From: an uncultured Candidatus Saccharibacteria bacterium
GTDB taxonomy: Bacteria > Patescibacteriota > Minisyncoccia > Phycocordibacterales > JACNGX01
Assembly (NCBI GenBank): GCA_964621395.1
Contig: CAZULS010000001.1
Coordinates: 64,615 to 128,614 of the forward strand
DNA: 64,000 nt
Direction: 5' to 3'
Of this stretch, positions 29,107 to 38,389 are shown piece after piece. Position numbers and translations under genes: made by a program. The stretch's first letter is position 1. Each line of letters opens with the position of its first letter. The notes under the pieces were generated by a model. It searched no databases. It saw only the letters and a list, made by a program, of their open reading frames with translations, and was not told the origin of the DNA.

Positions 29107-29631
29107 TCAATATGCACGGGAGTTTTGGGCAAGTTTTTCCACGCCCTGAAAATAACCCTTTTCTCTCAGAGTATCGTAGTCGTCCGGACGCATACCAAAC
29201 CCTTCAGTGTAGAAACGAAACAGCAAGACATCCACGTCCAGTTTCTTCTTACGCATTATTGTTTCATATACCTCATAATAGAGCGAGTCAAATGCGGGGT
29301 CATAGAGCCCGCCTGTCGTCTCTACCGCTATAACGAATATAATATCTGACTTTATTCGTTCTGCTGAGAATCCGTTTTCGTTGCCCCCTTTCTCTATCTT
29401 AGCAAACATGCCCTGTTGCTTGTTGCGCACGACAACAGTAACAACGCGCATGAAGAATTTTTTCGATTCTTTAAGTATTTTCTGGTCGTCGATAGGGACT
29501 TCATTGAGGACCCATTTCTCGACCTGGTTAAGGTTAAGGGAGTCCTCATATACCTGCTTCTCTGTGGTTTTGCATCCACCGAAGAAGAGGATGGGTGCGA
29601 TAACGAGCAGTATCGGTATTATTTTTTTCAT
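29107..29631 (-). CDS. Lipoprotein (MKKIIPILLVIAPILFFGGC lipobox)
   Basis: Signal peptide with Cys at the lipobox position. Confidence 0.55.
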   Translation of the reverse strand: MKKIIPILLVIAPILFFGGCKTTEKQVYEDSLNLNQVEKWVLNEVPIDDQKILKESKKFFMRVVTVVVRNKQQGMFAKIEKGGNENGFSAERIKSDIIFVIAVETTGGLYDPAFDSLYYEVYETIMRKKKLDVDVLLFRFYTEGFGMRPDDYDTLREKGYFQGVEKLAQNSRAY

Positions 29632-29849
29632 TTCGTTCTCCGTTTGGGGCGGCGGCGTGAGCCGCCGCTAGGGTTTATTTGTACAAGTACAAAATAGATT
29701 ATTCTGCCCACATACTAAACAATTTAGACTGTTTTGTCAATAGGACGTGTTGGGGGACATGTGGATAACTCAAGTTCTCGACATTTGGAAGATTTGGAGA
29801 GCCCTTACTGTGGACGAGAGTCTTTTAGTCGTTGTCTCCTTCTCCGTCG

Positions 29850-31376
29850 CTATTCATTTGAGCTGAGGCTGAGAAAGCTGTTGTAATTTATGGCGACGAT
29901 ATCATATATTTCATGCGCACGAGCAATCATTGCCGTGTGCGCGGGAGACTGTTCAAGCGCAATACTTGTTCCGAACATTCTCGTCATAGCAGCATTTCTT
30001 TGCTTGAAATTATTGTATGCTTCCCATGCATTAATTTTGTCGACTGACTCTCTCGCCACTTCTGCCTGAGCAAGAAGTGATTCCAACTCTGAGATATAGA
30101 CCTCAAGAGACCCTGTTGAGTCGGCTTGAGTGAGTATGAGCGTTGTTTCGTCTTGAATGGTGATGGCTTCACCGCGGAGTCCGGAGAGCTCGTTCACGGA
30201 GAGGAGTCCGGGGTATCCCAACAGTGCGTCTTCATAGTCGTCTTGGTCAGAAAGAGTGGCATCGATAGTGATAATGGCTTCCCTCACAGCTTCTCGTGCG
30301 TCAATCACATTGGCAAGGAAGTCATTTGTCGAGTGTACGAGCGCGAGGTCTTCCTCGATAGCTTTAATAAGATTTTGGTCGGGTTCGGGTGCGTACGATC
30401 CGCTCCCGTAGAATCCATACGACGAAGATCCGCCGCCGGTGAGTGTGTCGCGGACACCGCTTCGAATACTGCTTCGTGCCGCGTCAAAACCATTATTAAT
30501 AATACCTGCAACAAGCTCTTGGAGCGTTGCGGTGAGGATTTCTCCAATATCGTCGGCATTTTCAAGGGAATCTACTCGTGAACCGAGAGCATTGCTCATT
30601 TCCGCAGCAACGAATTGTCCCGGATTGACTCGTTCCCAGTTAATACAACCGTCTGAAGCATCGATGGAGCCGTCGCCATTGGTGTCGATACCAACCGACT
30701 CAATACAATTTCCCGGAAGTGAAAGGACGCCTCCCCCCTCGTTGAGCTCACGATAGATTTCGTTTTTCTTCTCCTCTACGCGCCGCCGATTTTCTTCCAT
30801 CGCCATATAATACTGGCCATAGGGGTTATTTTGCGGTTCAAGCGTTGAAAGGAAACCGGTCCAGCCTCCCTGAGAGAAATCGTCAAAAAATGCTTCCGGC
30901 TCCACGAGAACATCTTCAATTGTGGACTGCGCGCGGATTGCGTATGGCGTGTAGGTAACAGAGAGAAGTTTCATCATGCCTCGTTTGAGCGGTTCGTAGG
31001 TGTCGAGACCGGCGATTTCTCCGATAAGGTTGTTGGTGACATCTCGGGAAAGCTTGGCAATAAACGCTTGAGGATCCACCAAGAACATAAGATCACCGAA
31101 AAATCCTTGCTCCACAAGTGTTTTTACTTCCATCACGATGTCATTGATGATTGTTTTGGCGAGCATCCATGCGACGGTGTCGAGACCTATGGTGCCGGCG
31201 ATGCCCTCGCGAGGATCACGCGTAAGGTCGGATGTGACGATAACGGCGCTTCCTGATGCTGTGGCATGTGTGTGCGTGGGCACGAGAGTTATCCCAAGGG
31301 GAAGAACAAAAAGCGCAATCGCAATGCCAGCGCCCCAACGGGAGAAAGAAAATGTTGTGTGTCCGAACATGTACAT
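29850..31376 (-). CDS. Large secreted hypothetical protein (508 aa)
   Basis: N-terminal signal/TM; no family recognised; operon context. Confidence 0.45.
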   Translation of the reverse strand: MYMFGHTTFSFSRWGAGIAIALFVLPLGITLVPTHTHATASGSAVIVTSDLTRDPREGIAGTIGLDTVAWMLAKTIINDIVMEVKTLVEQGFFGDLMFLVDPQAFIAKLSRDVTNNLIGEIAGLDTYEPLKRGMMKLLSVTYTPYAIRAQSTIEDVLVEPEAFFDDFSQGGWTGFLSTLEPQNNPYGQYYMAMEENRRRVEEKKNEIYRELNEGGGVLSLPGNCIESVGIDTNGDGSIDASDGCINWERVNPGQFVAAEMSNALGSRVDSLENADDIGEILTATLQELVAGIINNGFDAARSSIRSGVRDTLTGGGSSSYGFYGSGSYAPEPDQNLIKAIEEDLALVHSTNDFLANVIDAREAVREAIITIDATLSDQDDYEDALLGYPGLLSVNELSGLRGEAITIQDETTLILTQADSTGSLEVYISELESLLAQAEVARESVDKINAWEAYNNFKQRNAAMTRMFGTSIALEQSPAHTAMIARAHEIYDIVAINYNSFLSLSSNE

Positions 31377-31400
31377 GGAATAAAAGAAAACGGATAAATA

Positions 31401-32396
31401 TTACTCACTTGAGAGGGTAAAGATAGTTCCCGACTCAGAGGAAGAAAAGGTTATGCCGCGACGTGCAATTTCCGCAACGACCTCATCCACGGATTCCCAG
31501 AAAACGGTAAGGGTTGTTTGGTACTGTGCGAGACCGGCAAAACCAAGAACGATATCATCTTCACTTGCGGCAATACGCGAAAGTGTTTCGGCGATGATTG
31601 CCACGGCATTCACAAGGGAGAGATGGATATCGGAGAGTGATGCGGGTGCGGTGTGTGAAAGAAGAGAATCGGCGGTATGGGAGAAAAATGTGGCGAATCG
31701 CCCAAGTGCGCGCAAATCGCCCAAACGATCGTTCGTAACGGCCTCAGAGATGATCGCGAGCTCATAGGGGCTTCCCAGTGTGTTGTATTCAGCGATATGC
31801 TCCCCTAAAGCGTTGGCGTATGTGCGCAGTGTTTCGTCGGAATCGTCGCCGATGGAGATGTTCTCTTCTGTGTAGGGATTGGTAATGGCGTTTTGGAGCA
31901 CTTCAGTGGCAAGGAGCGTGTTGAGTACGTCCATATCTCCGAGTGTTGTGCCACCGCTCTTTTGGGAACTTTCATGGAGAGAACTCAGGAAAGCACGCGC
32001 CATTGAATTGGTGCGTGTGGATGAGGCATCATTAACATCTTCAGCGCTTCCGGGAACAAGCGGATATGACTCCAGTGAATCATCGCTCTGATTGATGAGG
32101 GGATTTCTCCGAGACGCGATTTCAATGCCGTCTTCTGTGCCGTCACCGTCGGAATCGGCGACGTTCGGATTTGTCCCCCAGAGCGCTTCTTCCCACATGG
32201 CAAGACCGTCACCGTCGGCGTCGGATGAGAAATGAGCCAATTCTTCTTCGGTGTGAGTCGGGGTGGACGCATCTTCTTGGGATATATATTTCTCCGTGTT
32301 GGAAAAGAGGTACGACGAGACGACAAAAAGAGCAATAAGGACGAGCACGACAAGCGTGAATCTCTTACTGGGGAGATAGTGGGTGATGTGTTCCAT
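31401..32396 (-). CDS. Membrane-anchored protein with DGDG/DSDGDG calcium-binding-like repeats
   Basis: N-terminal TM; SSDADGDGLAMWEEALWGTNPNVADSDGDGTEDGIE; first gene of the minus-strand operon. Confidence 0.45.
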   Translation of the reverse strand: MEHITHYLPSKRFTLVVLVLIALFVVSSYLFSNTEKYISQEDASTPTHTEEELAHFSSDADGDGLAMWEEALWGTNPNVADSDGDGTEDGIEIASRRNPLINQSDDSLESYPLVPGSAEDVNDASSTRTNSMARAFLSSLHESSQKSGGTTLGDMDVLNTLLATEVLQNAITNPYTEENISIGDDSDETLRTYANALGEHIAEYNTLGSPYELAIISEAVTNDRLGDLRALGRFATFFSHTADSLLSHTAPASLSDIHLSLVNAVAIIAETLSRIAASEDDIVLGFAGLAQYQTTLTVFWESVDEVVAEIARRGITFSSSESGTIFTLSSE

Positions 32397-32455
32397 TGAT
32401 TTCTATTATACAAAAAGAATGGATGTCAACCAATAGGGGTGTGTATGAACAGGCT

Positions 32456-32644
32456 CTTAGAACCAATTAAATAACCTACGCAAAAAAGTAAAAGAGGGAT
32501 GCTCCGGGCAGTCGACGAGCAACATCCGGCATAAAAACCGCGAAAATTCTTCACCATATCTCGATATGGCTCAAAATTTGATCAATTTTTCTGCTCGAAT
32601 GTTGCTCGTCTTTATGCTCCGGAGGTTATGTAATCGGTTCTAAG
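32456..32644. mobile_element. MITE-like element, L family, copy 1 (TIR CTTAGAACCAAT...ATCGGTTCTAAG), 189 bp
   Basis: About 90 percent identical to the reverse complement of 34736-34924. Its right TIR supplies the TAG stop of the lnt-like gene. Confidence 0.7.
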
Positions 32645-34178
32645 GTATGGAAACAATGAGAAGCTCCGCTTTTCCACGGGCGGTACTGTGAGTGATTGTG
32701 CCGGAAGGGTTAATGAGAAAAGACGGTACACCATTTCCCGCGTGGATAAAGTGTCGACCGTGTGTCACGGCGTGGATACGTGCTTGGCGAGTGACGAATG
32801 TCCGGAGTGTGTCGCTGCCGTGAAACGATGAATGAGATGCTGTATTTACAAAAAGATCACTTCCCTCACGCGCTCCGGCAGCGTAAAGTTGTGGGGGTGT
32901 GATTTCCGCACAGAAAAGTGCGGTGATTGTGTAATTATGTACGGAGCCGAGGGTGACGGGTGCGTCGAAAGGATCGGGTGTGTACACGCGACGGTTGCGA
33001 AATGTGTCACGCCACTGGGGAGCGATTGTTTCGGCGATGGTGGCAGCGAAAGCGGGCAGGTATTCGCCAAATGGTGTGAGGAAGCGTTTGTGATATGTGC
33101 CCGCAATTGTGCCCTCCGAAGTGTAGAGGTGGTGTGCCAAACGCAAATCACCGCTTTCCTCTCGGTATGTGGTTGAATCTATGGTCGCGCCCCGAGGTGA
33201 AAGATGGGAAGAGAGAAACGTGCCGCGCTCTTCTTCGGAAAGCGACGAAAGGAAGCGAGAATCTTCGGGAAAGACAAGGAGGTCAAGGGTCGGAGTGTTT
33301 TCGGAGAAGAGCGCGGCTATGTCGCTGTGAGTGTGCTTAAGGGTGGTTTGGGTTGAGCCGAATTCGGATATGCTTTCCGTGTGGATGATACCAATAGTGA
33401 GTGAATCGGAAGAGGAGAGTACAGAGCTGCCCTCCTTTCGAGACAATACTGATGGAACAATGATAATGCCGACAAGAGAGAGGATGATTAGTGCTCGAGA
33501 CATGAGAGACGATGCGCGGTCAATACACACAGCAATTCCCATATTGATATAGACAGCGATAAGAGAAAGGGCCGTGAGACCGCCTATGCTTGCGTACAAC
33601 AGAAGTGATGTGTCACTGAGGGGGGCGCCGGCAAAACCGAATGTCCAATACGGACCGATAGCGGCTTCAGGAGCATACCAAAGAACAGAAAAGAGAAAGG
33701 CGCGGAGGTATTCTGTGAGCACAAAAAGGAGTGTTCCCAAGGAAAGAGTACGGAATACTCCACCTTTAAGCCGTGCAATGAGCCAGGCAAAGAGCGCAGG
33801 GCCGATTGAAAGGACAAGCGTCCCTAAGAGCCATACGGAAGCAATAACCGCATATGACACAACAGGGCTTTCAATGCCGACCCATGTGAGCGGGTATGTG
33901 TCGAAAAACCAAAAAATACTGGCACCGAGCCCGAGGATGCCATAGATGAATCCGCCGATAGCGGCGCGCTTCGGTGATTGTGCGCGAAACACAAAGAAGA
34001 AAAACGGCACGAGCGCGATGAGTGAGAAGAGGCCGGTACCGGGAAAGAGAAACAGACTTGCACTCATCATACCGCTCAAAAGCGGGAGAAGATATGAATC
34101 AGGGCGAGTGAATGGTGAGAGGTGCTCGGGCATGGGTATAGTATAAATGAAAAAGAACAAACAAAAAACGGAAAACAA
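32640..34178 (-). CDS. lnt: Apolipoprotein N-acyltransferase-like protein (polytopic N-terminal domain + C-terminal CN-hydrolase)
   Basis: 7-8 N-terminal TM helices; LLVFPEDSRF (Glu), ALFCAEITPPQL (Cys of the catalytic triad). Confidence 0.55.
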   Translation of the reverse strand: MFSVFCLFFFIYTIPMPEHLSPFTRPDSYLLPLLSGMMSASLFLFPGTGLFSLIALVPFFFFVFRAQSPKRAAIGGFIYGILGLGASIFWFFDTYPLTWVGIESPVVSYAVIASVWLLGTLVLSIGPALFAWLIARLKGGVFRTLSLGTLLFVLTEYLRAFLFSVLWYAPEAAIGPYWTFGFAGAPLSDTSLLLYASIGGLTALSLIAVYINMGIAVCIDRASSLMSRALIILSLVGIIIVPSVLSRKEGSSVLSSSDSLTIGIIHTESISEFGSTQTTLKHTHSDIAALFSENTPTLDLLVFPEDSRFLSSLSEEERGTFLSSHLSPRGATIDSTTYREESGDLRLAHHLYTSEGTIAGTYHKRFLTPFGEYLPAFAATIAETIAPQWRDTFRNRRVYTPDPFDAPVTLGSVHNYTITALFCAEITPPQLYAAGAREGSDLFVNTASHSSFHGSDTLRTFVTRQARIHAVTHGRHFIHAGNGVPSFLINPSGTITHSTARGKAELLIVSIP

Positions 34179-34239
34179 AAAGGGGCGCGGCTTCGCCGCG
34201 CCCCTTTTTGTTTATAACAACACGCATCCGCAAGCGATG

Positions 34240-34722
34240 TTATCGCCCAACGATATCCCCTATCCTCACATTGTGCAGACGTGTGAAACCTGAGGGTACC
34301 TCAAGAACATATGAGGCCGGAATCGGCGAGCCAAACAATGTCGGATATGTATCGGGGGAAACACGTCTTTCAATATGAATAATGGTATGTGTCTCATCGA
34401 GCCAGAGAATATCGATAGAGAAGTGCATATCTTTCATCCACATATTGTGAGACCCGGGTGTATCGAAGACAAAAAGCATGCCGGTATCGGGAAGAAGTGC
34501 TTTGCGGCCAGAAAGACCGAGAGCACGCTTTTCTTCCGTGTCGGCAATGTCGGCGGTGATGAGCGTGCCGCCGATTGCGATAAGTTCTCGCTGGTATCCT
34601 TCGGCGAATGATATGTTTCCAAAAGAGAAAGAGAAGGGATCGCCTTGTGCGGAAGAGACGACGATATTGCCGGCAATAAAGGCGACGGCAAGTGTAATGA
34701 GAATGCCAATGAGTGATTTCAT
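34240..34722 (-). CDS. DUF192 (COG1430) family secreted protein
   Basis: GLSGRKALLPDTGMLFVFD, NMWMKDMHFSIDILWLD; signal peptide. Start moved to MKSLIG. Confidence 0.7.
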   Translation of the reverse strand: MKSLIGILITLAVAFIAGNIVVSSAQGDPFSFSFGNISFAEGYQRELIAIGGTLITADIADTEEKRALGLSGRKALLPDTGMLFVFDTPGSHNMWMKDMHFSIDILWLDETHTIIHIERRVSPDTYPTLFGSPIPASYVLEVPSGFTRLHNVRIGDIVGR

Positions 34723-34735
34723 GAATGTATTATAA

Positions 34736-34924
34736 CTTAGAACCAATGAAATAACCTCCGGAGCACAAAGACGAGCAACATTCGAGCAGAAAAATTGATA
34801 CACATTCTGAGCCATATCGAGATATGGTGAGGAATGTTAGCGGTTTTTATACCGAATGTTGCTCGTCGACTGCCCGGAGCAGTGACTTCTTATTTTTTGC
34901 GTAGGTTATTTAATTGGTTCTTGG
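34736..34924. mobile_element. MITE-like element, L family, copy 2 (inverted relative to copy 1), 189 bp
   Basis: TIR CTTAGAACCAATG...ATTGGTTCTTGG. Overlaps the last 6 codons and TAA stop of rsmA. Confidence 0.7.
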
Positions 34925-35691
34925 AGCGCTCGTGCGAGGCAATGCCATGCTTCGGGCGATGCATCTTCCGGACGAATATTTGGGTCAATGTTGCATGCAA
35001 TGAGTGTCTCCGGCGAGCATCCGAGATTTTTTACAAGCTTTTTTCTTTTATGAGCAAATCCTGTGCGGAGGATATCGAAAAAACGTTCTTCATCTTTCTG
35101 TGATTGGAAAGGGTCACGCATGTGTTCAACAACAAGCACGGCAGAATCTACCTTGGGTTGCGGACGAAACGCTCCGCGAGCGACAGTGCGGAGTATGCGC
35201 GGCGTGCCAAATGTTTTCACGGCTACGGAGAGAATGCTCTCTTTTCCGTCCCTTGCGACAATACGCTCGGCAACTTCTTTTTGCACGAGAAGTACCGCTT
35301 TTTTCGGTAGATGTGCACGGGTGAAAAACGTGCGAATGAGAAGGCCGGTAATGTAATACGGAATATTTGCCGCGAGCGTGTAAGAGAGGGGTGTGAGATT
35401 GAGTGTTTCGAAATCAAGCTCGAGTGCATCGCCATACATGAGGGAAAACCGCCCACTCTTCTCCTCTTGCGCGAAGCGCTCTTTCAAATGCTCAATAAGA
35501 CGGTCATCTTTTTCAATGGCCGTGAGGCGCGCCCCACCCCGAAGGAGCGCTTCGGTGAGCACGCCTTCACCCGGACCAATTTCCAGGACCCTTTCCTCTC
35601 CTTCAGAAAGTGCGGCGTGCGCAATATCCGCCACCGCTTTTTCAGAGGTAAGAAAATGCTGCCCAAGAGATTTTTTCGCAAATATACTCAT
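34906..35691 (-). CDS. rsmA: 16S rRNA (adenine1518/1519-N6)-dimethyltransferase
   Basis: LGQHFLTSEKAVADIA, LEIGPGEGVLT SAM motif, 261 aa. Confidence 0.85.
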   Translation of the reverse strand: MSIFAKKSLGQHFLTSEKAVADIAHAALSEGEERVLEIGPGEGVLTEALLRGGARLTAIEKDDRLIEHLKERFAQEEKSGRFSLMYGDALELDFETLNLTPLSYTLAANIPYYITGLLIRTFFTRAHLPKKAVLLVQKEVAERIVARDGKESILSVAVKTFGTPRILRTVARGAFRPQPKVDSAVLVVEHMRDPFQSQKDEERFFDILRTGFAHKRKKLVKNLGCSPETLIACNIDPNIRPEDASPEAWHCLARALQEPIK

Positions 35692-35706
35692 GAATTCATA
35701 TTATAG

Positions 35707-35906
35707 CTAGAACCAGTCTCACTGAAAATGGCTTGTTCTCGCGCCCAAACAGCGAGCGAGCCGATGTCGCGGAGACCGCGCCGCACTCTCGTGCGGTGCG
35801 GTTGAGCGACAAGGCGCAGCCGCTGTTTGGGCGTGGGAACTGCCAAGCGCAGCTCTTGAGTACGATTCCCTTATTTTTTCAATGTTTTCAGTGAGACTGG
35901 TTCTAG
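35707..35906. mobile_element. MITE-like element, M family, 200 bp, immediately upstream of rsmA
   Basis: TIR CTAGAACCAGTCTCACTGAAAA / TTTTCAGTGAGACTGGTTCTAG; conserved core. Confidence 0.75.
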
Positions 35907-36050
35907 GTCCTTCCTAGCTACACTCTTTACGTTGTCATCCCGCACTTGATCCTACACCACAAGCGGTCGGATATAATGCGGGATCTCCCCAATGTTCACC
36001 ACATTACACCACACTTTTCCGCATTTTTTAAAGCCGGACTTTGCAGAGTG

Positions 36051-37031
36051 TTATGTTGCAACGTTTTTTCGTTGCGTGTGTCGCATAAGTGCACGAAACG
36101 GAATAAAGAGAAGTGCCCAAGGAATCACCGAGAGAATGGTGGGCACTACAATCGAGGGCATGTCGCCGAAGAATGTGTCGGAAAGATCAATGGCGAGTGT
36201 GAAGTTCATATAGGTGAGGCATGTGGCAATGGCAATGCGTTCTTTTTTCTTCTTCCACCAAATAGCCGTGTAGCCGAGCACATGCAGCACGATGAAGAGA
36301 ACGATGAGCGCAAAAAGATACAGGAGCGACTCTCCCCCGCTTCCGAGAGCAAGGATTTCTTCCGGGCGTTTGGCAACGACAAAAGCAATGAGGATGGCAA
36401 GGAGGCCGGTGGAAATCGGCGTGAAGGACTGCTCAATACGATTGATCGTGCGGGGAATAATGCGCTTAATGATTTGCGCCAGAATAAATGGCAGGAAGAT
36501 AATAATGGCGAGGCGGCTAAACATGGCGAATGCATCAATGGAAATGTCCGCACCAACCATAAGCGCCACGACAAGCGGCACAGAAAGCGGCGCAAGGAGC
36601 GAGGTAAGGACGGCTTCGACAAGCGCGTACTCTTCCCTTCCACCGGCAAGCGAGGTGAGAAACGGTGCTGTCATGCCCGACGGCATTGCCGAAAGAAGCA
36701 GGAAGGCAATGGCTACTTCCGGATACAGCGCCTCGGTGACAAAAAAGACAACGACCGGCAAAAGCACAAGCATAAAAAGCGCCGAGATGAGGAGCGTTTT
36801 CACATCGCTGAGCGCACCGCGCACTTCATGGAAATCAATTTTAAGAGCGCTCAAAAAGAAAATACCCGCAAGCGCCACAAGCGATACATACGGATACTTC
36901 CCCACCACCTCAGGTGTATGGGTGCCGATACCAATACCAATCACAAACGCCACGCCGATAATAAAGAGAAGTGACGAGCTGATTTTTGCCACAATACGTC
37001 CAAGTGAATGCATGATGTTACTAGTATACAT
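36051..37031 (-). CDS. Bile acid:sodium symporter (BASS/SBF) family transporter
   Basis: About 10 TM helices in a 5+5 repeat organisation typical of the SBF family; 326 aa. Confidence 0.55.
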   Translation of the reverse strand: MYTSNIMHSLGRIVAKISSSLLFIIGVAFVIGIGIGTHTPEVVGKYPYVSLVALAGIFFLSALKIDFHEVRGALSDVKTLLISALFMLVLLPVVVFFVTEALYPEVAIAFLLLSAMPSGMTAPFLTSLAGGREEYALVEAVLTSLLAPLSVPLVVALMVGADISIDAFAMFSRLAIIIFLPFILAQIIKRIIPRTINRIEQSFTPISTGLLAILIAFVVAKRPEEILALGSGGESLLYLFALIVLFIVLHVLGYTAIWWKKKKERIAIATCLTYMNFTLAIDLSDTFFGDMPSIVVPTILSVIPWALLFIPFRALMRHTQRKNVAT

Positions 37032-37135
37032 GACTTTGCCAACAAGAATGACATTTGTATAGATTCTGAATCACCAAGCACCATTTTCACTAAAGTGAAA
37101 AAAGTACTCGACACGAGCTCAGAGTGACAAGTATG

Positions 37136-37501
37136 TTATTTTTTCATGCTCCAAAATCCACGAACAACAATTGTGAGTAAACCGGCGATGAAGCTAATAG
37201 CCGCGAAAAAGATGGGGCCGAAAGCTATGTCTTTGAAAAACTTGATAATCATCTCCGTGTTTCTTTCAAAGAAATAAAACACGGCGGCATAGAGAACAAA
37301 AACACCGATGCCGAATATAACGGAACCGATGGCAAGCCGCGGGATAAATCGTATGCTCGTGTTCTCTTTTTGGATTGCAATGAGAGCCACACCAACGAGA
37401 GCGGCAGTGATAAGATCTAAGTACGCATTACTGAACAAGAAAACATATCCGGCAATGATTCCCGAAAGAATAACGATGACGTCTGAGTATACGTGTTTCA
37501 T
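37136..37501 (-). CDS. Small membrane protein (about 122 aa)
   Basis: Four hydrophobic helices. Start moved to MKHVYS because the upstream in-frame extension (37502-37678) is a read-through of three hairpin repeat units. Confidence 0.4.
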   Translation of the reverse strand: MKHVYSDVIVILSGIIAGYVFLFSNAYLDLITAALVGVALIAIQKENTSIRFIPRLAIGSVIFGIGVFVLYAAVFYFFERNTEMIIKFFKDIAFGPIFFAAISFIAGLLTIVVRGFWSMKK

Positions 37502-37571
37502 AAAATAAAATAAGATGATGAATAAAAAAAGAGGACGGTCCTTTCGAAATAGTTTCCATACTCTCTTTGCC

Positions 37572-37698
37572 GTCATTCCCGCCCCCGAGCGGGAATCTAT
37601 AAGTCTATATAACCAACCTGCGTCTGCCCTGGATCCTGAATCAAGTTCAGGATGACACCAATATGTATTGGGTGTCATTCCGGGCTTGACCCGGAATC
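37572..37698. repeat. Cluster of three GTCAT-hairpin units with different stems: gtcattcccgcccccgagcgggaatc (+), ggatcctgaatcaagttcaggatgaca (-), gtcattccgggcttgacccggaatc (+)
   Basis: Seen in sequence. The third unit encodes the last residues (DSGSSPE) and TGA stop of gene 37675..38310. Confidence 0.65.
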
Positions 37699-38310
37699 TA
37701 TAGCATTCTCTATCATTCTAAATAGATATCCCCAAACGGCATTTCGAAAAGAGATTTCCCTTATTGTATCCATTTTTGAGCCTTCCTTGGGTGTGGTCCC
37801 TTGTTTTTTTGCAACATCAAAAAAATTCCATAATCTTTTTTCCACAATATCGTTAAATTCACCAATTATTCCTTCATGGATTATATATTCCTTCGCCACA
37901 CCATCAAGAGAAATCTGACTACTTTGAGAATCTATGTAGTCCGCAATCTCTCTTATTGTTTCTAGCTTCGTCTGTTTTTTGCTAGGGCTGTGTTCAATGT
38001 TAATGGTTTTATCCCCATCCAAGAACCTCTCTTCGGCAAGTCGAATTGTATATCCTGTTATCAACATAACATTCAGGAGACGTGTTTTTGAGGGGAGAAA
38101 CCCAAAAGGATATTCCTCCAAGAATTCTTTAAACTCAGATGAAAATATATCTTCATGTTGATCAGATAAATAATTGAAGACAATAGAAAAGTTCTCACTA
38201 GAAAATGAATCAATTTTTCTTTTCCCGCAATTACCACAATAGTTATCAGGCAGGTCGCTCATGCAAAACCTACATTTCTTACTTGTATTTGGTTTCAGAG
38301 TATATTTCAT
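37675..38310 (-). CDS. Hypothetical protein with an N-terminal zinc ribbon (CRFC...CGNCG)
   Basis: ORF track; Cys4 motif near the N-terminus; C-terminus derived from a repeat unit. Confidence 0.45.
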   Translation of the reverse strand: MKYTLKPNTSKKCRFCMSDLPDNYCGNCGKRKIDSFSSENFSIVFNYLSDQHEDIFSSEFKEFLEEYPFGFLPSKTRLLNVMLITGYTIRLAEERFLDGDKTINIEHSPSKKQTKLETIREIADYIDSQSSQISLDGVAKEYIIHEGIIGEFNDIVEKRLWNFFDVAKKQGTTPKEGSKMDTIREISFRNAVWGYLFRMIENAIDSGSSPE

Positions 38311-38389
38311 AGTTCTTTACTTTTTGATAATAACAAAATATCAAACAAAAACAATACTTTTTCTCTTTCACTCTCCTCTCTTCACTCTT

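Noticed and set aside
35946-36974. 342-aa plus-strand ORF, extremely Lys/Arg/His-rich
   Set aside because: It is entirely antisense to the well-supported BASS transporter gene (36051..37031) and its composition is typical of a shadow ORF.
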